From: a virus
Virus record (IMG/VR): IMGVR_UViG_3300012953_006686
Span: 1 to 64,000 of that record
DNA length: 64,000 nucleotides
Direction: 5' to 3' (one strand)
Positions 39,944 to 49,542 of this stretch are shown piece by piece (the stretch's first letter is position 1; each line of letters opens with the position of its first letter). Position numbers and translations under genes: made by a program. The notes beneath the pieces were generated by a model. The model did not search any database. It had not been told where the DNA came from and saw nothing but the letters and a program-made list of their open reading frames with translations.

Positions 39944-40235
39944 TTAGTTCTTGTTCTGTTAACGAATATATATATTCAAAATTTCCCAGCTGGTCATTTA
40001 AAGAAATTGCATGGTTTAATAAATACTGCAATGTAGGATCACCGTAAAAAGAATCCAACTCATAGACCGACTTGGTATGCTTGGCGAAGGCGTCGATCAT
40101 GTTTTGCAAATCTCCAAGTTCTTCTGAAACAAGCAATAGTCTTGTAACTGCGGCTCTTGCATAAAAAAAGACGCCTATATTGAACAATAGCGATACAAAA
40201 AAGAAGGCTGATAGTATTATTTCAAGACGCGTCAT
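39882..40235 (-). CDS. Hypothetical membrane-anchored coiled-coil protein
   Basis: Likely start MTRLEII, followed by the hydrophobic segment IILSAFFFVSLLFNIGVFFYA and an acidic tail. Confidence 0.65.
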   Translation of the reverse strand: MTRLEIILSAFFFVSLLFNIGVFFYARAAVTRLLLVSEELGDLQNMIDAFAKHTKSVYELDSFYGDPTLQYLLNHAISLNDQLGNFEYIYSLTEQELNDNTNENTNEEATSDQEEEE

Positions 40236-40488
40236 ATTTTGCTTCCTTGGCTTTCTTTTTTTCTTCTTCAAGAATTTCTTTGTTTGATTCGATATATTCT
40301 TTAGTTAATTGACCAATCTTTGTTGAATCTTGTGGCTCTTCTTTTATTATTTGTGGAGTGGTGAGGGCTCTATACATTTCTGCCGGTATATCACAATCAT
40401 TGCAAAAATACTTCGGACTTTCACTGAACAAGTGAAACTTTATTTGCTCAAGCCCGCATTCTTCACACACATAACGATATCTCGGCAT
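40222..40488 (-). CDS. FmdB-family zinc-ribbon protein
   Basis: MPRYRYVCEECG...CNDC pattern. Confidence 0.75.
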   Translation of the reverse strand: MPRYRYVCEECGLEQIKFHLFSESPKYFCNDCDIPAEMYRALTTPQIIKEEPQDSTKIGQLTKEYIESNKEILEEEKKKAKEAKYDAS

Positions 40489-40712
40489 TACTTAACCATA
40501 TTTTTTAGATTCTCTTCAGTGATCGGCTGATTGTTGCTCACTCTTACAGTCGGAGGATTTTTTACTACCAAGCCTTCCGATGTCTCTGTTAATTCAAAAC
40601 CCTTTAAAATTGGTACAATGTCCAACTCGTTTAACAATGACTCTTGTAAAGCCATCATAATAGCTCCGAGAGCTTGGTTAGACAATTTTAGTTCTTTTGT
40701 CTGTGTTGCCAT
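40488..40712 (-). CDS. Hypothetical protein
   Basis: 74-aa ORF coupled by TAATG to the next gene; AGGAG RBS. Confidence 0.65.
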   Translation of the reverse strand: MATQTKELKLSNQALGAIMMALQESLLNELDIVPILKGFELTETSEGLVVKNPPTVRVSNNQPITEENLKNMVK

Positions 40713-40714
40713 AA

Positions 40715-41083
40715 TTAATCTCCTTTAATAATTCTGTGGCTATCGCTGTCAAAATGTTCGGTAGAGAATTCAAACAATTCGCTATCTTCTAGTGCCACCA
40801 TTTGATGTCTCAATCCGGTTGGTACGTGAAATTTTTCGCCGGCGTTTAAGATAATTTGATTTGCTTGTTCAATATCATCATTCATAGAATAGTAAACAAT
40901 CATCTTACCAGATTGTAAGTAAAAAACTTCATCTTTAATCTTATGAAAATGCCAAGAACATCGCTTGCCTTTGTTAAAAAATAAAAGCTTACCGCAGTAC
41001 TCAGAACAATTTACAATCCAACGTTCCCAACCCCAGCCCTTTGGTACGTGCTTCATCGGTAACGGCTGCTTTTTTTTACTCAT
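40715..41083 (-). CDS. Cupin-domain sugar isomerase-like protein
   Basis: VPKGWGWE, YCGKLL, SWHFHKIKDEVF and G.RH cupin metal motifs. Confidence 0.8.
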   Translation of the reverse strand: MSKKKQPLPMKHVPKGWGWERWIVNCSEYCGKLLFFNKGKRCSWHFHKIKDEVFYLQSGKMIVYYSMNDDIEQANQIILNAGEKFHVPTGLRHQMVALEDSELFEFSTEHFDSDSHRIIKGD

Positions 41084-41424
41084 ATATCTTTTCTCATTTG
41101 TTCAAAAAAATGAATGTCTCTCATTCCTTTATCATCAACGTATAAGCCACCGGCAGGCTTTCCTAAAAATAGTTGATGATATTTAACACCCCAACTATTT
41201 AGCTGATTAGCTGTAAAATCATAAAACATTTCTATAGCTTTTTCTGCATCATTTTCAAATCTTCCCATTCCTCTCGCTGTTTGAAAAATAATAGTATTTC
41301 CTTCATCATATAATCTATTGACAATTCTAACACGATCGGCAATTGGTTTTGAATTTTCATAATTGCTATCGGAAAATTCATCTTTAGCACAGATAGTGCC
41401 GTCAATATCAAATACATAAATCAT
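41080..41424 (-). CDS. HAD-superfamily phosphatase (capsule biosynthesis phosphatase-like)
   Basis: FDIDGTI, TARG, GKP and YVDDK HAD motifs. Confidence 0.85.
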   Translation of the reverse strand: MIYVFDIDGTICAKDEFSDSNYENSKPIADRVRIVNRLYDEGNTIIFQTARGMGRFENDAEKAIEMFYDFTANQLNSWGVKYHQLFLGKPAGGLYVDDKGMRDIHFFEQMRKDI

Positions 41425-41810
41425 TGGTTCTCCAGTATATTCGTGGTTGAATACCCCTCTATTCTATCAAAAAATTTCAGTTCTGTGCAATATTGCTCGC
41501 CTACAACAGTTTTACCTTTCCAATCTGAGCCTATAACCATAACATCTGGCTGCAGTTGTCTTATTTCTTGTTCTAACTGTTCTGTTGAATCAAAAACAAT
41601 AACTTCGTCAATATATTTAATGCAGTCTAAAGCAAACTTTCTATCTTCAATATTATTGAAGGGGCGATCGGAGCCTTTATCTTTTCTAACTTTCTCATCG
41701 GAGTCTATTCCTACAATTAATTGCTCACCAAAAGACTTGGCATACTTAAACATTTCGAAGTGGCCACGATGTAATATATCAAAACAACCATTTGTCCAAA
41801 CAATTTTCAT
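41421..41810 (-). CDS. hldC: Heptose-1-phosphate nucleotidyltransferase (RfaE domain II / HldC-like)
   Basis: WTNGCFDILHRGH, VGIDSD..V...KG..RP, G.DW and RIEGYSTT motifs. Confidence 0.8.
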   Translation of the reverse strand: MKIVWTNGCFDILHRGHFEMFKYAKSFGEQLIVGIDSDEKVRKDKGSDRPFNNIEDRKFALDCIKYIDEVIVFDSTEQLEQEIRQLQPDVMVIGSDWKGKTVVGEQYCTELKFFDRIEGYSTTNILENQ

Positions 41811-42556
41811 ATGACAGAAACGCCTTTTTTTTGAACTACAACAGTTGCTTTGTCGTTAGCAAATTTTATTGCGCTGTCGATGTCTTTAGTTTTAGCATAT
41901 TCTAAAGCCAATGCGGCTATAAACGTATCGCCGGCGCCTGATGTGTCTTTGATTTCTACTTTAGGTACGGGATATACTTCTTCTAGATATTTGGCGCCGG
42001 CTGGACCAAGGGTAATAATCATTTTTGATTCCATTTTCTCGTCAAGCATGTGTCTTGTTCTATTGTGCTCAAACTCATTTATCTTAATGTATTTAATATC
42101 AGAGCACCAGTCTCCTAAGATTTTTTTAGTATCTAAAAATGTGTTTTCGTGCTGTTGGGAAATATATTTAATATCTTGTTCGGATAGGTAGCCCTTATTA
42201 TAATCAGATATAACAACTACTTCAAACTGTGAAAAGTCTATTTCATCAAGATTATTACAGCGGTTTATCTGATCATCATTTTCATCAGTTCTTAAAATAA
42301 TATAGTTAGTTCTTCGATCAACATATCGAATCTTGTTTACACTTTCCCAATTAGCGTTAGTGCTTAGCGCTACCTCAACAGTATCGTTTGAAAGAGAAAT
42401 TATATTTCTGTACACGTTCATAGCCATGCCAGGATTAACACTGTACTCTTCGTTTGATAACTTAATTACCGGAACAGGCGCTTCGGGACACAGACGACTG
42501 CATTCACCATATCTATATATGTCGCGACAACTCTCGCCTATAACCAAAATGTTCAT
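41807..42556 (-). CDS. hldA: Heptose-7-phosphate kinase-like PfkB protein (RfaE domain I / HldA-like)
   Basis: ILVIGE...D.Y.YG...RLCPEAPVPV, GMAMNV..N, ISDYNKG and DTSGAGDTF motifs. Confidence 0.8.
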   Translation of the reverse strand: MNILVIGESCRDIYRYGECSRLCPEAPVPVIKLSNEEYSVNPGMAMNVYRNIISLSNDTVEVALSTNANWESVNKIRYVDRRTNYIILRTDENDDQINRCNNLDEIDFSQFEVVVISDYNKGYLSEQDIKYISQQHENTFLDTKKILGDWCSDIKYIKINEFEHNRTRHMLDEKMESKMIITLGPAGAKYLEEVYPVPKVEIKDTSGAGDTFIAALALEYAKTKDIDSAIKFANDKATVVVQKKGVSVI

Positions 42557-43719
42557 TACGCACCTTTGACAATATTACAGATAAGCTCTATCTCTTCTTC
42601 GGTTAGTTCTGGGTAATTTGGTAAAAAGAACCCTCTCGCGTGGATATTATCACTGACCTCATCGCGGAACTCTTCATATAAATCAGTCCAAAATGGATGA
42701 CGACCAAGGTTGCCGGCGCTAAAGATTCTGGTTTCTACACCATTCTCCACCAAACGGGTTACTATTTCTTTACGATGCTCTGTGCTATCTGCAAGGGCGC
42801 CAAATGAGATTGAAACAGGGTTGCTGTCTCCCCATCTCTGAAACTCAACATAACCCTCTAGTTTCTCCGCGTAGAGGAGATGATTTTTATTACGTTGAGT
42901 GGCAGCCCAGTCTGCTTTTTGAACTTGTCTGATGCCCAGGAAAGCCTGCAAATCAGTAGATCTAAGGTTATACCCCGGTATGAAAAAAGTAAATGGAGAA
43001 TGAAAGTCATCAATATCATACTTGTCCATCAAGGCTTTTGAAGACTCTGGGCTTAAATCTTTGGCCCAACCGTGGCTTCTAAGCATTAGAAGCATTTCGT
43101 ACAATTCATGGTCGCTAGTATTAACCATACCACCCTCAATCGTAGAAAGCTGATGTCCAAAGTAAAATGAGAATGATGACATGTCTCCAATAGTTCCAAC
43201 CATTGAGCCATCGTCATAAGAGGCGCCTAAAGCTGCGCAGGCATCTTCCAAGAGAATAAACCCATACTTTTCTTTAAGTGCTAAAAGACGCTCTTTGTGA
43301 TGAGGTACTCCTAAAACCTGCACAAAAATAACTGCATCCGGTCTTTCTGTTTCGCAGATCTGTTCTAACTGATCGAGATCTATTCCATATGTATCTGGAT
43401 CTGCACCGCACATAATTGGTGTCAAGCCAAGCTGCATGGCTGGTGAAAGTGTTGTTACCCAACCTACTGATGGTACTACAATCTTTTTGTTGGGAATCTT
43501 GCCGCACTGTACGGCCGCCGATACCATCAATAAGTTTGCAGATGAGCCTGAGTTATTAAACACTGCGTAGTCAGTACCAATATACTTTGCCCAGTCTTCT
43601 TCCACATCCCAGGTCAATTGCCCCTTTGTAAGACGCGGATAGCTTTTAAGCCAAGTACACAACGCATCTATATCTTCATCGTTAATCGTTTCTTTTGCAA
43701 GAGGGTATTTGATATTCAT
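42556..43719 (-). CDS. colD: PLP-dependent GDP-4-keto-6-deoxy-D-mannose 3-dehydratase-like (ColD; DegT/DnrJ family)
   Basis: YPLA N-terminus, NSGSSANLL, SFYFGHQLSTIEGG with His in place of the Schiff-base Lys, RSHGW, PGYNLR. Next to gmd. Confidence 0.75.
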   Translation of the reverse strand: MNIKYPLAKETINDEDIDALCTWLKSYPRLTKGQLTWDVEEDWAKYIGTDYAVFNNSGSSANLLMVSAAVQCGKIPNKKIVVPSVGWVTTLSPAMQLGLTPIMCGADPDTYGIDLDQLEQICETERPDAVIFVQVLGVPHHKERLLALKEKYGFILLEDACAALGASYDDGSMVGTIGDMSSFSFYFGHQLSTIEGGMVNTSDHELYEMLLMLRSHGWAKDLSPESSKALMDKYDIDDFHSPFTFFIPGYNLRSTDLQAFLGIRQVQKADWAATQRNKNHLLYAEKLEGYVEFQRWGDSNPVSISFGALADSTEHRKEIVTRLVENGVETRIFSAGNLGRHPFWTDLYEEFRDEVSDNIHARGFFLPNYPELTEEEIELICNIVKGA

Positions 43720-43728
43720 TTTATAATC

Positions 43729-44283
43729 CTATAGTTTTGTAGCTTCAACGTTTAAGCTCATCAGCTTTCCGTTTGTTTTATCCATATGTGGAAGATACGC
43801 TTGACTGTAGTCATCCACATAAAAATGTTCAGTAGACTTCCAGTCATATGTTTTTACATCTCGAAAACCTAAATTAACTAATTCTTTTTCTAGTGTTTCA
43901 AATGACCATCCATGGTAATGAAAGTCAAAGTCATATTTCTGACCGCCATAGAAAAAAGCGCGCACAGAATCAAAGTCATTAGTCTTTAAATAATATTCAC
44001 AGGCTGCTTTAATATCTGGCACCGACAGTCTCAAAGTGCCTCCCGGCTTTAGTGCAGCATGCCAATTAGTTAAAACTTGCTTCCACGTAAGCGGTTGAAA
44101 GGGGAAGGGCTGTGTTGGAAAATGCTCAAGAACATGGCAGGCATAAATTAGATCCGCATTGTTATATTTCTCGTGAATTTTGGTAACGTCACACACCATA
44201 TCTGGCTTGACATCTTCGCGAGCATCAACATTAATGAATCCGTGGAGCTTTCTATCACCACAGCCTAGATTTAATTTAATCAT
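43729..44283 (-). CDS. SAM-dependent methyltransferase-domain protein
   Basis: KLNLGCG, HVLEH and LKPGG.LRLSVPD motifs. The start at 44283 gives TAATG coupling. Confidence 0.8.
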   Translation of the reverse strand: MIKLNLGCGDRKLHGFINVDAREDVKPDMVCDVTKIHEKYNNADLIYACHVLEHFPTQPFPFQPLTWKQVLTNWHAALKPGGTLRLSVPDIKAACEYYLKTNDFDSVRAFFYGGQKYDFDFHYHGWSFETLEKELVNLGFRDVKTYDWKSTEHFYVDDYSQAYLPHMDKTNGKLMSLNVEATKL

Positions 44284-45254
44284 TAGAGTCTTTCCATCCA
44301 ATAGTTTATCATTTCATCTATCATACTGTCAAATGTATAATCAAATTTTAAATCAATTACACTTGCAAGCTTTTTCGTGCAGCCTTTAAGATCGTTTAAT
44401 TCTGCTGGTCTGAGAAACCTAGGATCCTGCGTAACATGATCTTCATAATTCATACCAAGCTTGCTAAATGTAATTTCGCAAAACTCTCTTACGCTGTGAG
44501 ATTGTCCTGTGGCACACACATAATCTCCGGGCTCATCTAGCTGGAGCAGTTGCCACATAATCTTTACATAATCCTTCGCGTGACCCCAGTCTCTAGTGCT
44601 ATCCAAATTTCCAAGTGCTAGCTCGTTAGCCATACCCTTTTTAATCTTTACGGCGCCGATAACAATCTTGTTAGTTACAAAACTGATACCTCTACGAGGA
44701 GACTCATGGTTGAATAAAATTCCATTGGAGCCAAAGATATCATAAGATTCTCTATAACAATTCACTAAATTATACGCCAATAGCTTAGCACAAGCATAAG
44801 GGCTTACAGGGTTCATTGGAGTCGTCTCCCTTTGAAACCCGTCATTATCAATAGAGTTACCAAACATTTCTGAACTACTTGCTTGATACATTTTTGTATC
44901 GATATCCAAAAGTCTAATGGTTTCTAGTAAGTTTAGCGTACCTCTTCCAATCGTATCAAGTGTGTAAATAGGCTGGTCAAAGCTTACACGAACGTGGCTT
45001 TGCGCTGCAAGATTGTAAATCTCATCAGGTTGCACTTGCTGTACTACAGACAAAAGCGAAGACATATCACACATATCAGCGTGATATAAGTTGTTCTTAA
45101 TAACTGGATAGATGTGCTGAATTCGTGCTGTTTGGTTTTCGGGAATCGAATTTCTCTTGATAATACCGTGAACATCATAGCCTTTCTCAACTAAAAATTC
45201 AGCTAGATAGGAACCATCTTGTCCGTTGATTCCCGTTATCAGTGCTCGTTTCAT
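44283..45254 (-). CDS. gmd: GDP-mannose 4,6-dehydratase
   Basis: ALITGINGQDGSYLAE, YNLAAQSHVRVSF, YQASSSEMFG, SPYACAK, NGILFNHESPRRG and RDWGHAKDYV. Confidence 0.97.
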   Translation of the reverse strand: MKRALITGINGQDGSYLAEFLVEKGYDVHGIIKRNSIPENQTARIQHIYPVIKNNLYHADMCDMSSLLSVVQQVQPDEIYNLAAQSHVRVSFDQPIYTLDTIGRGTLNLLETIRLLDIDTKMYQASSSEMFGNSIDNDGFQRETTPMNPVSPYACAKLLAYNLVNCYRESYDIFGSNGILFNHESPRRGISFVTNKIVIGAVKIKKGMANELALGNLDSTRDWGHAKDYVKIMWQLLQLDEPGDYVCATGQSHSVREFCEITFSKLGMNYEDHVTQDPRFLRPAELNDLKGCTKKLASVIDLKFDYTFDSMIDEMINYWMERL

Positions 45255-46187
45255 CTACGATCTCACATTAGGATAAGTTTGTTCGAACCAAGTAACTGTC
45301 TTTTTCATTGCCTCACTTAAGTCAGTGTATACAAAGTCTGGCAAGATTTTATGAAATACTTCTTTGTTAGTTGGACGACGGAGCTGACCATTGGGCTTGT
45401 CCGTCAACCACTTAACATTGTGATAATCATAAGCATCGCAGACTAGTTTTACCAAGTCTTTGATTTGTGTTTCCTCTTGACCAGAAACAATCACTCTTCT
45501 AGGTAATTCTACATCACTTTCTAATAATTGTATACAGACGCGAGCTACATCTTTAGCATATAAAAACTCTCGATACGCGGAACCATCGCCCCAGACTTCT
45601 AAGGGTGTTCCGTTTTTCTTTGCATTGTAACACTTGTGCACCAATGATGGCACAACGTGACCATCTTCCAAGTTAAAATTATCGTTCTCTCCAAAAATAT
45701 TACCAGGAATCACGGAACAAAAGTTAGTGTTGTACTGTTGTTTATACGCGTGAATCTGGACATCTACCATTCGCTTTGAATATGCATACGAATAGTGCGC
45801 TGGGTACGGCTCTCCGTCGTGGAGAACATCTTCGTGCAAGCTTTCTGCGCCTGCAGGAAAGGCACACACAGAGGAAAACGCCAACAACTTATCAACGTTG
45901 TGCATGTGTGCATAATGAATAACAAAACTGTTCATTAAAATATTGCAGTAATACTGTTGTGCTGGTGATGATAGGTTACGCCCAATGCCACCAACGCGAG
46001 CGGCTGTGTGAATAACATAATCTGGTTTTGTTCTTTCAAAAAGAAGCTTGACTTCTTCTTCTTTAGTCAGATCGCACTCTTTGTGGGACGAAAATACAAA
46101 ATCATAGTGAGGATATTCTGCCGCAAGGTCTGCAACCGCAGAGCCAACAAGACCGCCTTTTCCTGTTACTAATACTGTTTTCTTCAT
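45255..46187 (-). CDS. fcl: GDP-L-fucose synthase / ColC-like epimerase-reductase
   Basis: GLVGSA, HTAARVGGI..N, SSVC.FP, YAYSKR, P.NIFG.NDNF...HVVP and VWGDGS..REF. Confidence 0.9.
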   Translation of the reverse strand: MKKTVLVTGKGGLVGSAVADLAAEYPHYDFVFSSHKECDLTKEEEVKLLFERTKPDYVIHTAARVGGIGRNLSSPAQQYYCNILMNSFVIHYAHMHNVDKLLAFSSVCAFPAGAESLHEDVLHDGEPYPAHYSYAYSKRMVDVQIHAYKQQYNTNFCSVIPGNIFGENDNFNLEDGHVVPSLVHKCYNAKKNGTPLEVWGDGSAYREFLYAKDVARVCIQLLESDVELPRRVIVSGQEETQIKDLVKLVCDAYDYHNVKWLTDKPNGQLRRPTNKEVFHKILPDFVYTDLSEAMKKTVTWFEQTYPNVRS

Positions 46188-46960
46188 TTCTTATCTCCAA
46201 ATCTTCTTTTCCACACGGGATCGCTCTTCATCCAGTTATAATAATCAATCTTGATTCTTTCGGACTGATCTTCCATATAAACTTCGCGAAACAAAGGCGC
46301 ATCGTTTGCGTGATAGGCCATTTGAACTGGCACGTGATCACCTTCTCCAGGATTCCAATCGCAGGTTAGAACAAGATTAGGGCTGAAGTGGAACTTGCTG
46401 CCATCCCTCTGCGCTCTAAACGCAAGGTCGTGCGTGTTCATATTCAGATGCTCCCAGCGGCAATCAAAGCCGCCAAGCTCTCGAAAATAGTTTAACTTAT
46501 ACATAGCCAATAAATGAATTTGATAAGTCTTTGGTACCCCTGGTAGTCTTAGGTCGGGGTGTGTCCAAGCTGTCCAGTAACTATCGTCTGGGCAATTGCC
46601 GGAAATGTCACGACCTTCTGCGTACTTGACAATAACAATGTCTTTGTAAGGCAGCTCTTCGTGCATTTCAATACATTCTTTAATTGAGTCCTTTAAAAAG
46701 TATCCGTCATCGGATCCCCACATCATTAGTTCACCTTCAGCCAACAGAGTTGCAATCTGTCCACAGCGCGCCGGTGTTCCAAAGTCCTTAAAGAACTTGA
46801 AATTGCTCTTCTCTGCTAGCTCTGGTGGCGGTTCGTTGGGCCCAACTAAAACCATCTCCCAAGTATAGTCTTCTCCTACAGCTTCGCTAGCGCTATCATA
46901 TAAGCGTTGCCATAATTGTGTTCGATGTGCCGGCAAACATATAGATAAGTCGTATTGCAT
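46184..46960 (-). CDS. GT-A fold (GT2-like) glycosyltransferase, KD(Y/F)G-P family copy 5
   Basis: LSICLPAHR, WEMVLVGP, KDFGTPAR, SDD, LGGFDC and DLAFRAQ. Confidence 0.75.
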   Translation of the reverse strand: MQYDLSICLPAHRTQLWQRLYDSASEAVGEDYTWEMVLVGPNEPPPELAEKSNFKFFKDFGTPARCGQIATLLAEGELMMWGSDDGYFLKDSIKECIEMHEELPYKDIVIVKYAEGRDISGNCPDDSYWTAWTHPDLRLPGVPKTYQIHLLAMYKLNYFRELGGFDCRWEHLNMNTHDLAFRAQRDGSKFHFSPNLVLTCDWNPGEGDHVPVQMAYHANDAPLFREVYMEDQSERIKIDYYNWMKSDPVWKRRFGDKK

Positions 46961-47748
46961 TATTTAAATCTCCTTTTCCAGACAATGGGTGCTTCTTTCC
47001 AGTTGTCCATTTTAATCTTTGGTTTCACATTCATTGTCCAATTGGGGTCTCGGTACCGCTTTTGCAACAATGGTTCGTCATGCTGGTGCTGGCATTGGAA
47101 GATTGGCATATGATCTCCAGTGCCACCGGGCATATGATCGCAAGTAAACAGCGGAATCTGTGCCATTTTAACGCTTGCGCCGGCATATTGGGCGCGAATT
47201 GCCATATCAGCGTGGGATGCCCATGTTCCTTCATAGCTACAGTCCCATCCTCCAAGCGAATTAAAGAACGATGAATACATAAACGCTATGTTAAACAGCC
47301 ACCAGTCCCCCGGAATGTGCGGGGATCCTGCTGGTGTATGGTTAATTTTGAAATAACTATCGGGTTGAAGGGTTTCTCGCTCTCTGCTACCTACTTGACC
47401 CTCAAAATACTTGGCTACAAGTACATTATTGCTAGCTGGACCAAGGTCATAAAACTCATCCACGCACTGATCAAGCGAATTTTCAAAGAAAAGACAGTCA
47501 TCTGCAAGCCAAGTGTATACATTTCCTTCACACAATGAGGCAGCAATGTTAGATGCGCGCACCGGTGAGCCGTAATCCTTAACATATTTGACGTTTCGCA
47601 GCTCTTTTAGTGCTTCTGGTAGTGGGTTTGGTCCGCAAATCACCAGCTCAAACGTCCTTTTAGTAGATGTTAGGATGGTTTCGTATAGTTTTTCAAGCCT
47701 TTCAGTGCGAATACTAGGCAGAATCAAAGAAATTTCAGGCTTATCCAT
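46960..47748 (-). CDS. GT-A fold (GT2-like) glycosyltransferase, copy 4
   Basis: ISLILPSIR, FELVICGP, KDYGSPVR, ADD, LGGWDC and DMAIRAQ. Confidence 0.75.
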   Translation of the reverse strand: MDKPEISLILPSIRTERLEKLYETILTSTKRTFELVICGPNPLPEALKELRNVKYVKDYGSPVRASNIAASLCEGNVYTWLADDCLFFENSLDQCVDEFYDLGPASNNVLVAKYFEGQVGSRERETLQPDSYFKINHTPAGSPHIPGDWWLFNIAFMYSSFFNSLGGWDCSYEGTWASHADMAIRAQYAGASVKMAQIPLFTCDHMPGGTGDHMPIFQCQHQHDEPLLQKRYRDPNWTMNVKPKIKMDNWKEAPIVWKRRFK

Positions 47749-48760
47749 CTTCTTTTTGTCTCATATATTCAATAACTTCTCTAACAGAGTCCTCTAAAGG
47801 TATCTCTGCTTCAAATCCAAGCACTTCTTTCGCCTTTGATGTGTTAGGAATACGCTTTTGAACGTCATATTCGTAAGCTTTATCGGATACATATGCAAAT
47901 TCTTGACCAGGATTAAGTATATTCCACACTAATTCCGACAATTCAAGCACAGAAGTCGCTACAGGGGTCGAAATATTGAAGTCCTCATTGAGTGCTTTTT
48001 CGCTTTCTAGAGCCATTCTAATGCCCCTAGCGATGTCTAAACCATTAGTATAACACCTAATCTGCTGTCCAGAGCCCAAAATATGCAGCGGATTCTGTCC
48101 TTTTAGAATTTTGTTGATAATGTCGGGCAAAACGTGACTCATCATAAGTTTAATGTTACCTGACTTGACTTCGTGCTCTCCGATGGCGTCTTCTTCGCCA
48201 ACACCGACACAATTGAAGGGTCGAATGATTGTATAAGGGACACCATATTGTTCGTGGGCTCCTTTGCAGAAATATTCAACAGCTAGCTTTTGAAATCCGT
48301 ATGTACTCATTGGAGGAGCACAAGTTTCAACGTTGCTTTCTGGGGTTGGGTAGACTTCCGTGTTCTCAAATACCATGCTACTTGACATAGCAACGATGCG
48401 TTTAAGAATCCCTTGTTCGTGAAGCTTAATAGCCAAGTCAAATGTCGATGCCATAATGCGCTCATTAGTGGCCAAAAGATCATAAGCGTACTTGTGAAAA
48501 TAAGTAATGCCACCAATCATTGCGGCACCCGAAATAATGTACTCTACATCTTGTAGTTCTGGTAAAATATTCTCTGCATCAAAATCTATGACATCCATTT
48601 CGATTAGTTGAAAATTAGGATGACTATCGTGCGGTCTTGTAATGGGTCCATACTTTGAAAAGTTATCAACTCCGACAACTTGGTAGCCCTTATTTAAAAA
48701 CTCAGCACATAAATATGAGCCGATAAATCCTTGACTTCCTGTAATTAATACTTTACTCAC
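47741..48760 (-). CDS. NAD-dependent nucleotide-sugar epimerase/dehydratase (possibly acting on UDP-glucuronate)
   Basis: TGSQGFIG, SSS, YGFQK and RPFN motifs. Directly downstream of ugd. Confidence 0.85.
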   Translation of the reverse strand: MSKVLITGSQGFIGSYLCAEFLNKGYQVVGVDNFSKYGPITRPHDSHPNFQLIEMDVIDFDAENILPELQDVEYIISGAAMIGGITYFHKYAYDLLATNERIMASTFDLAIKLHEQGILKRIVAMSSSMVFENTEVYPTPESNVETCAPPMSTYGFQKLAVEYFCKGAHEQYGVPYTIIRPFNCVGVGEEDAIGEHEVKSGNIKLMMSHVLPDIINKILKGQNPLHILGSGQQIRCYTNGLDIARGIRMALESEKALNEDFNISTPVATSVLELSELVWNILNPGQEFAYVSDKAYEYDVQKRIPNTSKAKEVLGFEAEIPLEDSVREVIEYMRQKEDG

Positions 48761-49542
48761 TTTCTCATTCCTTTAAAAACTGTTACTTTATATTTGCTGT
48801 TCTCGTCCAGTAAATCTTCAAAAAAATCAACTGCTGTGTCTTCCATTAATTTTGCCATCGCAGACACATCCTTTGGCAAGCACATTCCTCCGAAACCTCT
48901 GAAGTTGTCGTTACACTCTAGATAATTGCTGTGAATATGCTTGCGGTTTACGACAGCGTTTTTAACGTTGGTGTAGTTTACACCCTGCATCTTGCAGGCT
49001 TCATAGAAACTGTTAGCAAAGATGATGAGCATTGCGTTATAGACATTGTTGAAATACTTGCAAAACTCAGCTTCCGCAACAGAAAGCCTAACAAACTTCT
49101 CAGGGAACGATCCGTGACAATCTTTAAGTATTTTATATGTCATATCATCTTCACAGCCAATAATACACACATCGTGATTCTCTGTAAAGTCTGTGATTGC
49201 GCAACGTTCGCGAAGAAACTCTGGGACAAAGCAGATGTTAAGTCCGGTTTCTTCTCTCAGTCTCTCGGTGGTTCCCGGCACGACTGTTGACTTAATCGCA
49301 AGAATTCCTTTGTAATCTCGTTCTTTTAAGTCCGAGATGACCTGCTCTACGATTGATACATCGCAAGAGCCGTCATCTGCTCTCGGCGAGGGAACACAAA
49401 TAAAAACTGCGGCAGTGTCGAGCACATCATCAATGGTTGTATCTAGCGCAATATCGTGCACCGATACATTGTGACCTAAAAGCTCAAAGCCAAACTTGCA
49501 AGCACCCCCAACAACTCCAACCCCTACAACTCCGATATTCAT
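48757..49542 (-). CDS. ugd: UDP-glucose/GDP-mannose 6-dehydrogenase family (short form)
   Basis: GVGVVG, FICVPSP, IKSTVVPGT, PEFLRE and GFGGMCLPKD with the catalytic Cys. Confidence 0.85.
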   Translation of the reverse strand: MNIGVVGVGVVGGACKFGFELLGHNVSVHDIALDTTIDDVLDTAAVFICVPSPRADDGSCDVSIVEQVISDLKERDYKGILAIKSTVVPGTTERLREETGLNICFVPEFLRERCAITDFTENHDVCIIGCEDDMTYKILKDCHGSFPEKFVRLSVAEAEFCKYFNNVYNAMLIIFANSFYEACKMQGVNYTNVKNAVVNRKHIHSNYLECNDNFRGFGGMCLPKDVSAMAKLMEDTAVDFFEDLLDENSKYKVTVFKGMRK

